This document shows positions 48,189 through 51,032 of a DNA stretch of 51,032 nucleotides, one piece after another; within the stretch, counting starts at the first letter, position 1; each line of letters opens with the position of its first letter. A program made the translations under genes and the position numbers. The DNA is taken from the NCBI GenBank assembly GCA_002104905.1, contig MCFE01000636.1:1-51032 (forward strand). Reading direction: 5' to 3'. The DNA comes from Basidiobolus meristosporus CBS 931.73. Taxonomy: Eukaryota; Fungi; Basidiobolomycota. A model generated the notes under the pieces. It saw nothing but the letters and a program-made list of their open reading frames with translations. It was not told the DNA's origin and made no database searches.

Positions 48189-51032
48189 TGTTGTAAGAGT
48201 CTTGGAGATATTGGAAGTGATTGGGAGAACAAGTAGATTATGTGGTTTTCACTTAATGATTTATTGAATGTAAAAGTAGTATTTATACTTTTACATGGTC
48301 TTGGCATTACAAACATGTAGAATAGGTTAAGGAAGGTCCCAAGAACATGTGTGCAAAGTTTGGGGCTGTTTGGACAACTTTGAGAATTTTCATGTTCTGG
48401 GTACCTGGTATTTTGGTGAAAATATTCTAAGTAAATCCCGACAAGGAATTTGGTCAGTATTCTCTAGGATTTGAAGGTGATGATCTAAGTGACTAAGTTA
48501 GGTGAATATTTAGGTGGAAAATACGAATTTTTACAACACATTGAGGTTATCTTGATCTTGTAGACCCATCTACATCCTATTGGCTTTCTCCCATTTGGTA
48601 AATCTACCAGTTCCCACGTTTTTGCCTTGATCAGTGATTGGTACTCCTCCTGCATGGCTTGTTGCCACTTAGTAGCATCTGGACCTTGCATTGCCTGTTC
48701 CAGATTCTGAGGTTTGGCACATAAGGCAAGATAAGCTTCTTCATGACCATTTGGATGTCTGCCACCAGGATCCAGGGGCATTTCTTATTCTGGTAGATCT
48801 CCTAACTGGGATAATCTGTTCTGATCTGGAACTGGTAGAAGTATCTTCCATCTCTGGCTGGAATTGGTACGTATCTTCTTCATTAGTGTTGATTGCATCA
48901 TCAGGCAGCTGGCCAATGATTTCTGTGGCTTTCTGATCTGAATCCTCCTCAAATACAACATCCCTGCTCTTGATCAGCTTCTGAATTTGCCATCATACAC
49001 TCTATACCCTTTAGTATCTTCACAATACCCAAGAAAGATCCCTTTCTACTCTTTGGTTCCAACTTTGAGCGTTTTTTGTCAGGGATGTGATAAAAAACAT
49101 CACTGCCAAAGATCCTAGAGGTGCTGGAGATCTGGTATTTTGCCTGTATATGCTTCAAAGGGTGTAGAATCACGTAGTGCTGTTGTTGGGCATCTATTCT
49201 TGATGTATACAGTCGGTAGCAACAGATTCAGCCCAAAACTTGTAGTCCATTCCCTTATCATGATAGCATGACATCTTCCCATCTCTGCTACTATTGTTCT
49301 ATTTGCACATTCTGCTACTCCATTTTGCTGTGGAGTATGAGGAACTGTGGTCTGTTGAAATATACCAGTAGATCAGCAGTATTTTGCAAACTCCTTTGAG
49401 CAGTATTCTCCTCCATTGTCACTTTGTAGTACCTTCAGTTTACACCCAGCTTGTGTTTCTGCCATGTTCTTGAAGTGCTTAAACGTCTCTAAAGCTTCAT
49501 CCTTTGTTTTGAGGAAGTACACCCATGTATATCTAGTCTTGTCATCAATAATGATCATAAAGTATCTCTTGGCTCCAAAGGACAGTGTTCTCATGGGGCC
49601 ACATATGTCTGAGTGTACAATAGCCAATATTTCAGTGGTATTGATGCCTTCTGAGCTCTTGAACATGTTGCCTAGCTTGTTTGCCATATGAACATCCCTT
49701 ACAAACATTCAATTTGATCAGGAATTGAGTATTTTAGGCCCAAAACAAGCTGATTTTTCACCAATTGGCTCATTTTCTGTTGCCCAATGTGTCCTAGCCT
49801 CCTATGCCACATCCTCCCAGTTAGTTTCATCAGTTTCAGCAATGTTGACATACTCAGGTACAATGAACTTGCATTGTAACTTGTATATATTGTGATCTCT
49901 GATTCCCAAAGCTAATTTTTGTCCATTTTCACTCAATATTGAGCAGCTCAGCTTAGTAAAAACAAATTTCAGTCCCTGAGTAGTTGCTTTACTGACTGAG
50001 AGTAGGTTCTTAGCTATTCCAGGTACATAGAGTACGTCAGTCAGTTTTGCTGTTGTTGCCCCTGAGTTATCACTCATATTTAGTTGTATGGACCCACTGG
50101 CGGTAGCTTCCAATGCAGAGTTAACTCTCAGATAAACCTTTCTTACAGGAATAGTCTTTAAGTTGCTGAACCAATCCTTTATACCACAAATATGCTGTGA
50201 TGCTCCAAAGTCAATATACCATTCATTACATCGGTTACTTGCACTCTCTTGTACAGTTACAAATAACTGTTCATCAGTAGTTATATGGTTTGCCTGCTCT
50301 AGTTTCTGTTTTTTGTCTGCTTGTTTCTTCTTGCATTCTCTTGCCCAGTGTCCTAGCTTCTTACAGTAGTTACAGCAGCCAGGTTTTCTTTGGTTTTGTT
50401 GCTTTCTCTTCTTTTCTGTATGCCTTTCTGAACTGAATAAAGCATTATCTTCAATTTTCTCTGCTTGATCATTACATCTGAGTTCTTCATGGAGAAGTCT
50501 TCCTTTAACATAGTCTAAAGTCAAGTTGTCTTCTCTGCTTTCAAAAGAAAGTATGAGTGGCTCATACTTGTCTGGTAGGCTGCAAAGTAGACAGAGTATC
50601 TTTTCTTCATCATCTACACCGGCATTAATACTGTAAAGTTCTTCTGCAAGTGTCTCCATTCTGGTAATGAGTTGTAGCATGTCATCATCTGGCTCTTCCT
50701 CATGTTGAAGAACTTTTGTTTCAAATAAAGCTTGCTTGATACTGACTTTGCTCTAAAGGTCTTCTCTAAGGATTCCCATGCTGCTTTGGCAGTATTTGAG
50801 GCATGGATTTGTCCAATGAAGGAGTCTAGCACATTGATGCATATGGCATTGAGGCTTTCTCTCCTTCTCTTGAAACTTCTCCACATCTTCTGCTGTTCCT
50901 TTGGCTCAACTTCTTTTCCTGTCCACTATGTTCCAAAGCTTTCTTTCCTCAAGGTGGATCTGCATCTTGATTCTCCAAAGTCTGTAGTTCTTCCCATCAA
51001 ACCTCTCCTTTACAGGGAAGATGTTGGTATTG

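Larger units (their letters stand above)
43850..48538 (-). mobile_element. Young full-length Ty1/Copia element A (4689 bp) nested in the RT of element B
   Basis: Two 350-bp LTRs (43850-44199, 48189-48538) with TGTTG..CAACA ends, identical by eye. PBS GGTTATGAGCCCC, PPT CTGAGTGGGAG (44200-44210). TSD CATTT/CATTG with one mismatch. Confidence 0.97.
42141..51032 (-). mobile_element. Older Ty1/Copia element B (gag-PR-IN-RT-RH with many lesions), interrupted by element A; 5' end lies outside the window
   Basis: Gag CNYCKKLGHWAREC, PR WYIDFGAS, IN SDICGP/DNGGEY, RT IKTAFLNG/YVDD, RH TTEAEY. PPT TTGAGGGGGAG (42445-42455). The RT frame is continuous across the insertion (WVYKIK..|NGAVDKYKARLVAKG). 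Confidence 0.92.

Noticed and set aside
48185-48316. In-frame ORF extension of gag into the LTR (MFVMPRPCK..), also open in copy C
   Set aside because: Its ATGs lie upstream of the LTR TATA box and would probably not be in the transcript.

Overview
Eukaryotic, fungal DNA. The gene set (velvet, Zn2Cys6 ERT1/AcuK, GH72, Cdc3 septin), short GT/GC-AG introns and repeat types suggest an early-diverging, zygomycete-grade fungus; this is inference and the species cannot be fixed from sequence alone. A ~35 kb gene island (about 3.75-39.2 kb, normal CpG content) is flanked on both sides by strongly CpG-depleted transposon blocks. The left block holds LINE relics sharing an AATAAA-hairpin-oligo(C) motif, a tRNA-like element and a 155-bp tandem array. 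The island has 13 intact-looking genes: a Cys-rich GPI-type protein, a PL14 lyase, a GH72 Gas protein, sulfite reductase beta, RPS4, SRP54, mitochondrial S18, septin Cdc3, ERT1/AcuK, a fasciclin, a ZIP transporter, a LIM-domain-binding co-regulator and a velvet protein. The right block holds nested Ty1/Copia elements (a young copy with identical-looking 350-bp LTRs inside an older copy), rearranged Copia fragments and a long-TIR foldback element. The most notable observation is that the intact velvet gene sits among up to three decayed velvet-like relics (VeA-like, a tandem one, VosA-like) within about 4.5 kb, a possible physically linked velvet-complex cluster. All alignments were done by eye, with no database searches.
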